Shown piece by piece: positions 34,197 through 44,094 of a stretch of 64,000 nucleotides of DNA (position 1 is its first letter; every line of letters begins with the position of its first letter). Source of the DNA: Rebecca billardiae RCC1528 (lineage: Eukaryota > Protista > Haptophyta); contig OZ251235.1 in NCBI GenBank assembly GCA_965240325.2, forward strand, positions 558,001 to 622,000, in the 5' to 3' direction. The notes under the pieces were generated by a model that was not told the DNA's origin, did no database searches, and saw nothing but the letters and a program-made list of their open reading frames with translations. The position numbers and the translations under genes are program-made.

Positions 34197-36914
34197 ATGG
34201 GCGTGCAGGGCCTGTGGACGGTGGTGGAGGAGTGCAAAGCGGCCGCGGAGCGGTGGGATGCGAGGGTGGTCGGCGAGCGCGACCTGATCGTCGTCGACTG
34301 GAGCGCCGTCGAGTACGCAGTGCTCGCGCTCGGAGGCGCGTCGGCCGCCGACCACGCCGGCGCCGGGCGGTACCGCGCGCATGCGGCCGCGCTGCGCGCG
34401 TGGCTGCGCGCGTGGCTGCAGCGCGGCTTCCGCGTGCTTGTAGTCCTCGACGGCGGCGTGAACCCCGCGCACGCCGCCACCTTTGTGCGCCGCCGCCAGC
34501 AGAGCGCCGCACCGTGGGACGAGGGGAAGTTGTCCAGCCGAGAGCTCGCACTCGCGTTCGCCGACGACTCAGCGGCCGAGCGGCCGCAGCTGAGCAAGGG
34601 CCCGCTGTCCGATGCCATGGCCGCCGGCGTGCTCGCGCGCGAGCGCGCGCTCTGGGGCGCCGACCGCCTCGCCGAGCTCACCGCCACGCGCGACGCGGAC
34701 GGTCTGATTGCAGCCGTGTGCGGCCTGCAGCGCGCGCGCGTCGCGGCCGTCGTCACGGCGGACTCGGACCTGCTGGTGCACGGCGTGGAGCGCGTGCTGC
34801 GGATGGAGCGCACGGTGGGGCTCTTCGACGAGGACGGCGCGCCCGCGGACGTGCTCCTCAGCTTCACGCTGCACGGCGCGTCAGGCGCGGCCACCGCCGT
34901 GCTGCATTTTGCACGAGAGCAGCTCCGCTCGCAGCGTCGGCCGGACCTTGGCTTCCAGGCGCCCGGGCTGAACGGCGAGGCGGCGCTGGTGAGCGCCGTG
35001 CCGTGGTGCGCGATGGCCGACGTGGCGGCGTGCCTGGGCAACGACGTGTCCCACGCCGTGCGCGACGCCGCCGCCGCGCGCGGCTTCGGCCCGTGGCGCA
35101 TCATCCGGCACCTGCTCTCGAAGCGCGCGCGCGGCCTCGGCTGGGTGAGTGAGGGCCGCGCGACGCAGAAGCTCTTCGTCGACCTCAAGCTGCCGAGCAT
35201 CGCGCGGAAGCGGTGGCGCGAGTACTGCGCGGCGCGGGCGGAGTACGCAGCGCCGCCCCACCCGCGCACGCTCGTGCGCGCGCCCGAGGGCCTGCTGCGC
35301 ATGCCCGGCGCGCGCGCGGAGCCGGCGCGCGCGCTCTGGCCGGCCGCGGCGACGGCGCCGCCGCCCGCCGTCGGCGGCGCAGCCGACCCGGCCGGAGCGG
35401 AGCGGGTGGGCGAGGCCGCGGCGTGCGCGGTGCGGCTCGACGGCTCCTCCGCCGCGCGGCAGCGCGCGCGCGACGCGTCGGGCTGGCTCCCGCCGCAGCT
35501 GCTGGAGTGGCGCACAACCGGCCTCGCGGCCTTCTCCCGATTCGGCGTCGACAGCCGAGTGCACCAAGGGCTGCGGCCGGCGCGCGCGCTGGCCGCGGCC
35601 GTGCTCGCGGGCGCGGGGCCGGCGCAGCTGCCGCCGGGCTGGGTGCTCACGGAGCTGGCGCCGTCGGCGCGCACGGCGGTGGCGCTCGCGCTCGTGCCGC
35701 CTGCGCACGTGCGCCCCACGCACACCGTTGCGGCCGTGCACCCGGGCTGCTTTGTGCCGCCTCTGCCCATCAAGCCGTGCGAACCGCCGCCGCCGCCGCC
35801 GCCGCCGCCGCTGGGGTCTCAGCCGGGGCTGGCGCCGCCGGGGCTGGCAGAGGCTCCGCCGTGGGGTCCGCACGCGCGTGCGCTGCTGGCGCGCGCGCGG
35901 CTGGGCATGGGCGACGCTGATCCCCACGCCGCCGCCGGCGCGCACGCCACGGGCGCGGCCGCATCGGAGGGCAGCGCTGAGGAGCAGGACCGGCTGGACG
36001 CGGACTCGTCCGAGGGCGGAGCCGCGCCGGGCGTGGGCGGCGGCGGCGGCGGCGGCAGCAGTCGCAGCAGTGCGCAGGAGAGCGGCGCAGAGGACGACGC
36101 CGCTGCCGCGGGCGCCGCCATCGCCGACTCGGTCGAAACGGACACGCAGGCCAGCCACGGCTCTCTGCGTCCCGCGGCCTCAGACGCCGACGTCGCAGAC
36201 AGCTGGGAGGCGCTCGCAGACGACGAGGGTGAGCTGAGCCGCGCCCTCGAAGCGGTCACGGCGCCGACCTCCGCCGCAGGCGCGCCGCCCGCGCTGCCCT
36301 CTTGCGCCGAAGATGTCCTGGCCGCAGCGGGGCTGCTCCTGCTCCCCGCCCCGGGCGCCCGCGCCTCCTCGCCGCTGCGCGCGGAGACGGCCGAGGCCGA
36401 GGCGGCCGCGCGCATCCTCGAGCTCTCGCGCGCCGTGCTGGCCGCGCTGCGCGCCAGGCCTGCATGCGCCGACGCGCCCGCGACGAGTCTGTTCATCATC
36501 GCCGCGCACGTGCTGCTCGTGGCCAGCCTCGCGGGCGAGCTCGTGCGCGCGCACGCGCTCGAGGCCGTGGTGGGCGCGGTTGAGGACGCGGTCTCGGCCG
36601 AGACGCCCCGGCTGCGCGCGAGCCACAACGGGCACGCTTGGTGCGTGTACGCGTACCTTGGCAACCGGCTGGTGCAGTGGCAGGAGCCGCCGATGGAGCG
36701 GCGCGCGCGAGAGAAGGCACAGCGGAGGGCGACGGCGCAACGCCGGCGCGAGGCCTCCGCTGCGTTGGCGCTGGTGCAGCCCGTCGCTGCCGACGGACGA
36801 GAGGCGAGGCTGATGCCCGCGATGGCCGCGGCCTCTGGCGGCAGCAACATCGACGACCTTGTCACTGGCGGTGGCATCAGCAGCCCATGGCAGGCAGCTC
36901 AGTGGCCGTGCTAA
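34197..36914 (+). CDS. XPG/FEN1-type PIN-domain protein (asteroid-like)
   Basis: MGVQGLW, LIVVDWS, VVLDGG, DADGLIA, VVTADSDLLV, CLGND match XPG-N/I motifs. Long low-complexity C-terminus. Confidence 0.8.
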   Translation: MGVQGLWTVVEECKAAAERWDARVVGERDLIVVDWSAVEYAVLALGGASAADHAGAGRYRAHAAALRAWLRAWLQRGFRVLVVLDGGVNPAHAATFVRRRQQSAAPWDEGKLSSRELALAFADDSAAERPQLSKGPLSDAMAAGVLARERALWGADRLAELTATRDADGLIAAVCGLQRARVAAVVTADSDLLVHGVERVLRMERTVGLFDEDGAPADVLLSFTLHGASGAATAVLHFAREQLRSQRRPDLGFQAPGLNGEAALVSAVPWCAMADVAACLGNDVSHAVRDAAAARGFGPWRIIRHLLSKRARGLGWVSEGRATQKLFVDLKLPSIARKRWREYCAARAEYAAPPHPRTLVRAPEGLLRMPGARAEPARALWPAAATAPPPAVGGAADPAGAERVGEAAACAVRLDGSSAARQRARDASGWLPPQLLEWRTTGLAAFSRFGVDSRVHQGLRPARALAAAVLAGAGPAQLPPGWVLTELAPSARTAVALALVPPAHVRPTHTVAAVHPGCFVPPLPIKPCEPPPPPPPPPLGSQPGLAPPGLAEAPPWGPHARALLARARLGMGDADPHAAAGAHATGAAASEGSAEEQDRLDADSSEGGAAPGVGGGGGGGSSRSSAQESGAEDDAAAAGAAIADSVETDTQASHGSLRPAASDADVADSWEALADDEGELSRALEAVTAPTSAAGAPPALPSCAEDVLAAAGLLLLPAPGARASSPLRAETAEAEAAARILELSRAVLAALRARPACADAPATSLFIIAAHVLLVASLAGELVRAHALEAVVGAVEDAVSAETPRLRASHNGHAWCVYAYLGNRLVQWQEPPMERRAREKAQRRATAQRRREASAALALVQPVAADGREARLMPAMAAASGGSNIDDLVTGGGISSPWQAAQWPC

Positions 36915-37167
36915 AGGAATAATTGGCGCGTCATCAATCCGCTCGTCGCCTGCCTGAGGCTGAGCGCGCTGTAGTGTGCGCCTCTACTGCTTATTCTTGT
37001 TAGTCACTGCTACTAGAAACTGAGTACGCCTCAGCACTCGTCGCGTCCGCTAGCTACATGGCACGTAACGCCAACGGTCGCGAAAGTCCGACGAAGGGTG
37101 GGATATCCGTCCCACTCTTCACTTCACAGCGGCCTACGCTTCGGACACCTTGAGGCTGCTCAAGGCA

Positions 37168-38358
37168 TCAGCTGCCGCCGCAGATGTCCGCAAACTTGGG
37201 CTTGAAGGCACGCTTGAACTCATCGACAGGGAATCGCACTTTGAGGTCGACCTCGCCACCGCCGAGCCAGAACGTCTTGCTCGGCAGCCTACTGATCGCG
37301 TCGTGCGCGACCACGGGCATGTCCGCCGTCGCGAGGCCGAGCGGTGTCACGGCGTTGTGCCCAAAGCCAGACAGCTGGTCCGAGAGGGCGCCGTCCACGA
37401 GTCTGAAGTTGTACTGAGGGGCGAGAAGGGTTTTTGCAGGCGCCCCGCGCATGCGGCGCACGGCGGGCTGTGTGAGCCGGGTCGGGCGCATGCTCGGTGC
37501 GTGCACGCGTGCTGGACGCGCGCGCCGGTACCGGCGCCGAGTGCAGCCTGTCCCGCCCCGCAAGCGCGCGTGCAGACGCGCGTGCGTGCACACCTGCTTC
37601 TTGCCCACTGCCGAGCTGCCCTCGAGTGATCGCACCGCGTCATGAAGCTTCTCCTTGTGCAGCTTGGCGACGTACTGCACGACGATGAGGGCGTACTTGA
37701 CGCGCCCGCCCACCCACGCCTTCTTCTCCTCGCCCGGCGGCACCTCGAGCCGCGTGTTCTCCATGATGATTGACTTGCACAGCATGTCGACGGACGGCGC
37801 GCCGAGGACATCGCGCCGCCACTCGAGGGACTGCTCGTAGTAGTCGGAGGGGACGGACATCCACTTGAGAGCGGTGAGGCCCATCGCGGCGGCAACGACC
37901 TCGAGGCGCTGCTGTGTGGGCCCCGCGTCGGCCGACACGGCCGCCGGGGCCGCCGGTGACGGCTTCACGGTGGGAGCGCGCGCAGCCGCTGCCTTGGCCG
38001 GGCGGGACGGCGCGCTGCCGCAACCGCACACGGACAGGTTCACCGTGAGGGGATCTGCGCCCGGCTGGGCGCCAACGCGCATCTCCACATTGAGCAAATC
38101 CCCACCGCTCGCGCCCGCGCGGCCACCGACCGGCGCCCCCCCGTGCAGGACGCTCAGCTCGACGTGAAGCGGATCGGGGCCACCTCTCGCCGAACACACG
38201 TCGACGCGCACGAGATCGCCTGGGCTCGAAGCGGCGGCGCGAGTCTTCGCACCGGGCACGGCATGTGCACGTGATGACGGAAAGCCGTCGAGGCGGAGCC
38301 TCAGTGCGATTGGCCGCGCCGAGCGCTCGTCGACAGTGATGGCCGCGATCTGTCGCAT
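37168..38358 (-). CDS. YbaK/aminoacyl-tRNA deacylase-domain protein; join(complement 37594..38358,37168..37413)
   Basis: SDYYEQSLEWRRDVLGA, LCKSIIMENT, YNFRL, GFGHNAVTPLG, FWLGGGEVDLK. In-frame 180-nt GT-AG intron. Confidence 0.85.
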   Translation of the reverse strand: MRQIAAITVDERSARPIALRLRLDGFPSSRAHAVPGAKTRAAASSPGDLVRVDVCSARGGPDPLHVELSVLHGGAPVGGRAGASGGDLLNVEMRVGAQPGADPLTVNLSVCGCGSAPSRPAKAAAARAPTVKPSPAAPAAVSADAGPTQQRLEVVAAAMGLTALKWMSVPSDYYEQSLEWRRDVLGAPSVDMLCKSIIMENTRLEVPPGEEKKAWVGGRVKYALIVVQYVAKLHKEKLHDAVRSLEGSSAVGKKQVCTHARLHARLRGGTGCTRRRYRRARPARVHAPSMRPTRLTQPAVRRMRGAPAKTLLAPQYNFRLVDGALSDQLSGFGHNAVTPLGLATADMPVVAHDAISRLPSKTFWLGGGEVDLKVRFPVDEFKRAFKPKFADICGGS

Positions 38359-38649
38359 CGCGCGGCAAACGATGGCGTCGGCCACGCGGCCTTGCGGTTG
38401 GGTCGTGCTTTTTGAGCTGGCAATGCACCGCAAAATATTGCTGGTTATTTGGCGAAGTTGGCGGGCGGGATTTTTCATTTATTTATGGGGGTACTGCAGC
38501 AGGGCCAATCAAGCTGCTGGCCCGGAGGCCTCAGGCCTTGCTGCACGGCTCACTTCCAGACGATTCAGATTCACTACTCCTTTACTGTAGTCACTGCGAA
38601 GTCACGGACTCAGTGATTTAATGTCTGTGGGTTCCGTAGGCGGTCCAAC

Positions 38650-40330
38650 CTGAAGACTGCAAGACCGCCACTGAGAGTCAAGCCGAGTGAAGAGATCCCC
38701 GTCAGGCGGCCCGTTCAGACTCCTTGAATGGCCCCAGTGGGCGGAATTGGCCATATCTCCCGGAGATTGCGTGTACCCGCACGTGCGAGTAAAGTTTCGT
38801 CGGGATTTTCAGCAAATTCATTGGACGAGGGTGCCTCACTCTATTGTCCAAACTTGCATTTTCGGGATGTGAAGCTGTAAGTGTTTCGCCTTGCGGAGTA
38901 GCGCAGCCGCCAATCCGTCCAATGGGAAGCCAGCTCGGGCTTCGCTCAATGAAAAATGATCAATCGGCTCCCGCGAGCCCCAATAAGGAAATAGATGCTC
39001 GCTCCGTTCCACTTCTGTCGGTATCTCGCCGTCTCGTGGTGGGCGAGGGGCGGAGCTGAGTGGTTGGGGCTGCGGCGCGGACTGCGATGCTGGGCTGCTG
39101 ACGTTCTCCGCGCGGGATATCTGAGGGGCACGCGAGCTGTATGTAGGGCACGCCTTGCAAACAATCTCCCCGCTGTACGTGCAGGTCATGCTAGCGTCCT
39201 CCGCGCCAAAAAAACCTGCTTGTTCTTGCGCGAGGCCCGAGTCCGCCGGCACGGTCGCTGCTCGCCGCAAGCTGGCACGCGTCAGCGTCTACACATTCAC
39301 GATTCGGTGGTCATCGTGCGCCTGAGGACGGGGGCGATCTACTGAGTGCGCTGCTAGATGAGCAGGCCCGCGTAAGGTTAGATCACCCTGCTCCTCACGC
39401 CTTGCGCGCACCTTGGGTTGCTTCCGTCACGCTTGAGGCGCTTCACGTCGCACGGGTCGGCGTAAGCTGTGTGTGTGATGCAAGCAGACGTCTTCCAAGC
39501 CTGGCTTGTACCCGATGGGAGAGCATACTTCTATCGCCTTCAGCCACCACCTTCTCCGGCGTTCGACGCCCACACTACATGCGACCACAGCCATACGCAG
39601 CTCGTCGGGACTCGTCTCCGTTAGCTTGTCGATGTGCAAACGCCAAGGCCTGTGACACGCAGGGAAGACTGATTCGCCATGGCATTTGTGCACTGCGTGA
39701 AGCATTGACACCAGCGCACGTTCGCCAGGTAGATTTGCGGGAGCAGAGCGTGCTTTTCTGCCAGGATTCGCACACGTATCACATGAAGTTCAGCAGTCGC
39801 GGGCTCGGACTGAAGATCTCTGCACCGTCGCTTAGCCGTGAGTGACAGGAACAGGCGAGGAGCTCCCACTGTGCTGGCGCACAACATGCCGTGACAGCGG
39901 GGGGCACACACATGGCGCGTGCGCTGACACAACCGCGCGGACGACCGGGCTAGGCGCCACTGATCGGCCGCCCTCGTGCAAGGCACCGGCGGACTTCGCG
40001 GCCGGAACGCCATCGGGACAGCCGTCCCTCGTTTCGGCCGCCAGATAGTCTTTCGCCTTCTTCAAAACTCTAAACATTGACTGGCCAAGTAACTCTGAGA
40101 TTCGCAATCGTGCGGCCAAAAACGGGGCTGGGGGGCAGTCAAGGTGCGGTAACTACTCCATCGACTGTCGTAGTCCTTGTCTTCAGGAATAAAGACGTTG
40201 ACGATTGTGGCGAGGAAAAGGTTGGCGGCGGCGGGAGCGGGCAGCTCGGTCAGCGATTGACTGCTCGACACTCGTGCGGCCGGTGGGGACGGCGTGCAGA
40301 CGATGCATCTTGCACGGGCAAGGCCAAGGT
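38650..40330 (-). other. Possible multi-exon gene or decayed coding sequence of unknown function
   Basis: Several short minus-strand open segments with protein-like composition bounded by CAG| and |GTGCGC or GTATGC, e.g. DLQSEPATAELHVIRVRILAEKHALLPQIYLAN and RPWRLHIDKLTETSPDELRMAVVAC. No family recognised. Confidence 0.3.
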
Positions 40331-40415
40331 CCGTGCCCTGGGCGTTGCGAGTGGCCCCGCTGCCGAGCCATGCCGCGCGTGATGCCTCGGATGATGCCCA
40401 GCCAGCCGCAAGGCC

Positions 40416-41948
40416 TCAGCGCGGGTCAGCCGCGGCGACACGCGCGGCGACATTCGCCACGCTCGCCCTCGCGTCCGGCGGGAGCAACGGCCCGAGCTCC
40501 TGCTTGATGATCGGCCCGAGCGGCCGCTTCGCGTTCTGCTCGACGCAGTCGGCCACCTCCTCCAGGTAGCGCGTGCCCGCGTTCGAGTTGGAGACCTGCA
40601 GCAGGATCTCGCGGCGGTACGTGCGCACGGCGGCCTGCCGCCGCGCGACCTCGGTCGCGTTGAGCGAGCGCAGCATCTCCACCAGCCCCGCCGGCCGCGC
40701 GATGAACTCGCGCGTCGGGTACTTGATCCAGAAGTCCTCGTACGGCACCCGCGTGAGGTGAGGCCCGTCCGAGCGGCCGTATGGGCCTTCGAGCAGGTCG
40801 CACAGGACGACCGGGATGCAGCCGGCGGCCATCGAGGTGACGAAGCGCGAGGTGGTGCAGATGTCGCCCGCGGGGCAGAGGCAGAAGCGCGACTGCGCCA
40901 TCATCCGCCCCATCCGCTCGTACTTGGACGTGCCGCCGTCGTCCTGCCCGCCGGCCGCGCGCAGCTCGTTCACGAGCGACGCCAGCGGCGCGCCGCGCTC
41001 GGCCGACAGCGCCTTGAGTGCCTTCAGGGTGCACGCGGGCGCGGTGCCGTTGGCCGACTGGCGGATGACGTCGCCGCGCATGCCGATCTGGATCACCACG
41101 TCCTTCTGCCCGCCGAGCAGCAGCTGGCCCACCTCGCACCGCACCTGCCTGCCCGTGCAGCACACGTCCAGCCCGCCCGCGAAGAAGAGAAGGTGAGGCC
41201 GCGGCGTGCCGGCGGGCGGGAACGCGCGCAGCGCGGCCTGGTTGGGCTGGTGGCCCATGTCGAAGGTGCAGCGCGCGACGATGGACTGGTGCCGCCGGGT
41301 CTCCGCGCCGGGCGTGCGGCCGAACGCCTTCATCCGCCCCACCGACGTCTCCGACAGCAGCTTGCTCATCGGCTGCAGCCGCTGCCGCAGCGTCGCAATC
41401 TTTAGCGTCATCCCGTCAAACTTCTTGTGCTTGTCGATGTACTCGATGATCGCGGACTTGTGGATGGGCGCGTTGGTCACCTCGATCGCCATCGAGCTCG
41501 CGAAGAAGTGGTCGCGCCCGCCGTACCGCACAAAGTACCGCGAGCGCCGCAGCGCGCGGTACGCCGCAGACATCCGATGGTAGTGGGTCGTCCCGTTGCA
41601 CCGGCCCATGCGGAAGCTGGCGTACTCCCAGAGCGGGATGTAGAAGAGCACGGCGGCGCTCGCGTTGCGCGTCCGCCACGGGTGCTTGCGCAGCACCCGG
41701 TACAGGTTCGCCTCCTGCAGCCCCTCGCCCTCCGCCGAGAACTGCAGCTCGGCAAAGCCGGGGCAGCCTGCGAGGTACGATTGGTCGAGCACGCGCTCGT
41801 CGTACATGTAGAACGGCAGGCGCGGCGGGCCTGCCGTCGCCATCGCCGCTGCAGCTGCGGCCGGCGAGCCGCCGCGCCCGCCTAGTGCCCACGCGCACGC
41901 CACCACTCCGAGCGCCACGAGGCGTGAGCGCGAGCGTTGAGCGCCCAT
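40416..41948 (-). CDS. Exostosin-like glycosyltransferase (GT47)
   Basis: N-terminal signal anchor; FYMYD, WRTRNASAAVLFYIP, YGGRDHFF, LLFFAG, SRFCLCPAGD, AAGCIPVV. Confidence 0.9.
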   Translation of the reverse strand: MGAQRSRSRLVALGVVACAWALGGRGGSPAAAAAAMATAGPPRLPFYMYDERVLDQSYLAGCPGFAELQFSAEGEGLQEANLYRVLRKHPWRTRNASAAVLFYIPLWEYASFRMGRCNGTTHYHRMSAAYRALRRSRYFVRYGGRDHFFASSMAIEVTNAPIHKSAIIEYIDKHKKFDGMTLKIATLRQRLQPMSKLLSETSVGRMKAFGRTPGAETRRHQSIVARCTFDMGHQPNQAALRAFPPAGTPRPHLLFFAGGLDVCCTGRQVRCEVGQLLLGGQKDVVIQIGMRGDVIRQSANGTAPACTLKALKALSAERGAPLASLVNELRAAGGQDDGGTSKYERMGRMMAQSRFCLCPAGDICTTSRFVTSMAAGCIPVVLCDLLEGPYGRSDGPHLTRVPYEDFWIKYPTREFIARPAGLVEMLRSLNATEVARRQAAVRTYRREILLQVSNSNAGTRYLEEVADCVEQNAKRPLGPIIKQELGPLLPPDARASVANVAARVAAADPR

Positions 41949-42090
41949 GGATGCTGAATGCGGGGCTCCACGATGCGCTTGAGTCAGTCAGCTTTGGTCA
42001 GCCGTTCGTGACGGCGGCGTGGCTGGCGGCGTGCCCTCGACTCCTCACCGGCGCCCCTCGCCCGGCTTGGCGCTCGGCAGGTCGAAGGCG

Positions 42091-43422
42091 ATGGCGCCCG
42101 ATTCTTCCCCCGACGAGCCGCTCCTGGCGGTGAGTGTGAATGGGCCGGTCGGCGCCGATGCGCTCGGCGTGGTGCTCCCCGCCGAGCACGTCCTAGCCTC
42201 GCTGCACGGCCTGTGCAGCTCGCCCGCCGACGCCGAGCGCGCGGCGGCGCCATTCGAGCTGCGCACGCTCGGCGCGATCCGGCGCAACCCGACCGGCTAC
42301 CTGGCCAACCTCGATCTGCGCGCGGAGGACGAGGCCCGCGACGAGCTGAGCACGGCCGTGCGCGAGCTGGGCGGCGCTGCGCTCACGCTCGTGGACTGCA
42401 CGCCGGCATCCTGCGGGCGCGACGCGCGTGCGCTGCGCAGGCTCGCCGCTGCGAGTGGCGCAACCCTTGTCATGAGCGCGGGGTTTGGCTCGGAGGCGAT
42501 GGGCCACGAGGGCTGGCTCGAGGCGGCCTCGGATGAGGAGATCGCGCAGCGCCTGATAGAGGAGCTTCAGGATGGTGTCGACCTCGGCCCCGCTGAGCCG
42601 CGCGCACGCGCCGGTGTGCTGTGCGCGGCTGTGTCCGGCGGCGGCGCCGTCGACGAGGCCAGTCCTGGGCTGCGAGCTCGCGAGGCGAAGCTCGTGTCCG
42701 CGGTGGGGATCGCGTGCCGGCGTACGCTCGCGCCGGTCTTCGTGCACATGCCGCGGTTCGAGCCGTTCGAGCCCGCCCACGCGCTCTGCGCGCTCGACTT
42801 GCTCGAGCGCGCCGGCGCGCCGCTCGCGCGCTGCGTGCTCGTGCTCGGCGGCCCCGCGCTGCTGCGCTTGGCGGCGCGGGCGCCTGAGCTCGACGCGCTG
42901 GTGGCACGGGGGGCTTCGGTGTGCGTGGTGGGCGCGGGCATGCCGGACGTGTGGGCACCGTCGCTCGCGCGCGCCCCGCGCTTGCCCACCGACGTCGAGC
43001 TCGCGGATGTGGTCCTCTCTCTCTGCGCGCGCGCCGCAGTCGCCAGGGTGCTGGTGTCGGCGGGTGTGTGCACGCGGCTGCAGCGCGTCGCGGGCGGCGG
43101 GTACGGGTACGCGCACGCACCGACGGCGTTCGCGGCGTTGCTCGAGGCGCGCGGGCTCGCGCGCGGGGACGTGCGCGCCGTGTGCGGGGGCAACGCTGCG
43201 CGGCTGCTGGCGTGGTGGCGGCCTTTGCCGCCACCGCCGCGCGCAGTCCGGCAGTGGACATGCTACTGGTGTGGCGCGGAGCATGAGGAGGCGCTCCACC
43301 CTCACGATCGGCTGCCCACCGATCACGAGTACTTTGAAAAGTTCTCATGGCGCTATTGCTCTCGCGCGTGCCTCGCGCAGCACCGAGAGGCCGGCTTCGC
43401 CGCGCGCGCAGCAGTGTCGTAG
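42091..43422 (+). CDS. Phosphotriesterase-related (PTE/PTER) amidohydrolase-fold protein with C-terminal zinc finger
   Basis: SVNGPV..LGVVLPAEHV, LVDCTP..GRD, VMSAGF, LIEELQDGV, PVFVH, GGYGYAH, NAARLL. C-terminal CYWC-x24-YCSRAC. Confidence 0.8.
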   Translation: MAPDSSPDEPLLAVSVNGPVGADALGVVLPAEHVLASLHGLCSSPADAERAAAPFELRTLGAIRRNPTGYLANLDLRAEDEARDELSTAVRELGGAALTLVDCTPASCGRDARALRRLAAASGATLVMSAGFGSEAMGHEGWLEAASDEEIAQRLIEELQDGVDLGPAEPRARAGVLCAAVSGGGAVDEASPGLRAREAKLVSAVGIACRRTLAPVFVHMPRFEPFEPAHALCALDLLERAGAPLARCVLVLGGPALLRLAARAPELDALVARGASVCVVGAGMPDVWAPSLARAPRLPTDVELADVVLSLCARAAVARVLVSAGVCTRLQRVAGGGYGYAHAPTAFAALLEARGLARGDVRAVCGGNAARLLAWWRPLPPPPRAVRQWTCYWCGAEHEEALHPHDRLPTDHEYFEKFSWRYCSRACLAQHREAGFAARAAVS

Positions 43423-43862
43423 GCGCTGGCAGCGGTCCGCGGTCGGCGGTGCCGGTGCCCGACCTCCAGATGGTGAGATCACTCTCTGAGATGCCACTGG
43501 CCCACTGATGAGAGTTATAGGCTACTCTTTAATAGTCATGGCCCGCGGTGCAGGGCGGAGCGCGCAGCGTGGAGCCCGCACCAGCGGGCCCGAACCACGT
43601 TTCAAAAAGATCTTTGATCGCAAGAAAAAAGGGACGGGGGGCGATTTTTAGGGCTGGCGGAGACCGAGTTTCGAGTTTTTGAGATCGCATAGAGAGGTCT
43701 ATTAGGCCGAAAATAAGCGCGTCCAGCTGATTCCCTTAAGTAAAGTGCGATCTGGACGTCAGCTGGACGTGACATTAGTGTAACGGTTCGTTACGAGCGC
43801 GATTTTAAGTATGAGATCATTGCCGCCAACCGCCAACCGATAAAAACGGCAAGGCAAGGGCT

Positions 43863-44007
43863 CGGGAAACTTGATCACTTGTAAATGTGAATAGTAAAAT
43901 GCTCTCCCCGAGCGCGCCTGTCGCCTCGCAGGCGCACGGGAAACTTGATCACTTGTAAATGTGAATGGTAAAATGCTCTCCCCGAGCGCGCCTGTCGCCT
44001 CGCAGGC
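43863..44007 (+). repeat. 74-bp tandem direct repeat (2 copies, 1 mismatch)
   Basis: CGGGAAACTTGATCACTTGTAAATGTGAAT(A/G)GTAAAATGCTCTCCCCGAGCGCGCCTGTCGCCTCGCAGGC at 43863 and 43937. Confidence 0.95.
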
Positions 44008-44094
44008 CGCGCGTCTCGCCCTCTCCTCGCTCCGCTCTCCCCGAGGCTGAGCTCGCGGCCCGCCTGTCACCTCGCAGGCGCGCGCCACGGACAC

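Noticed and set aside
43863-44007. Direct repeats as a possible CRISPR array
   Set aside because: Only two adjacent copies with no spacers, no cas genes and a eukaryotic context. The same applies to 32821-32943 and 12966-13170.
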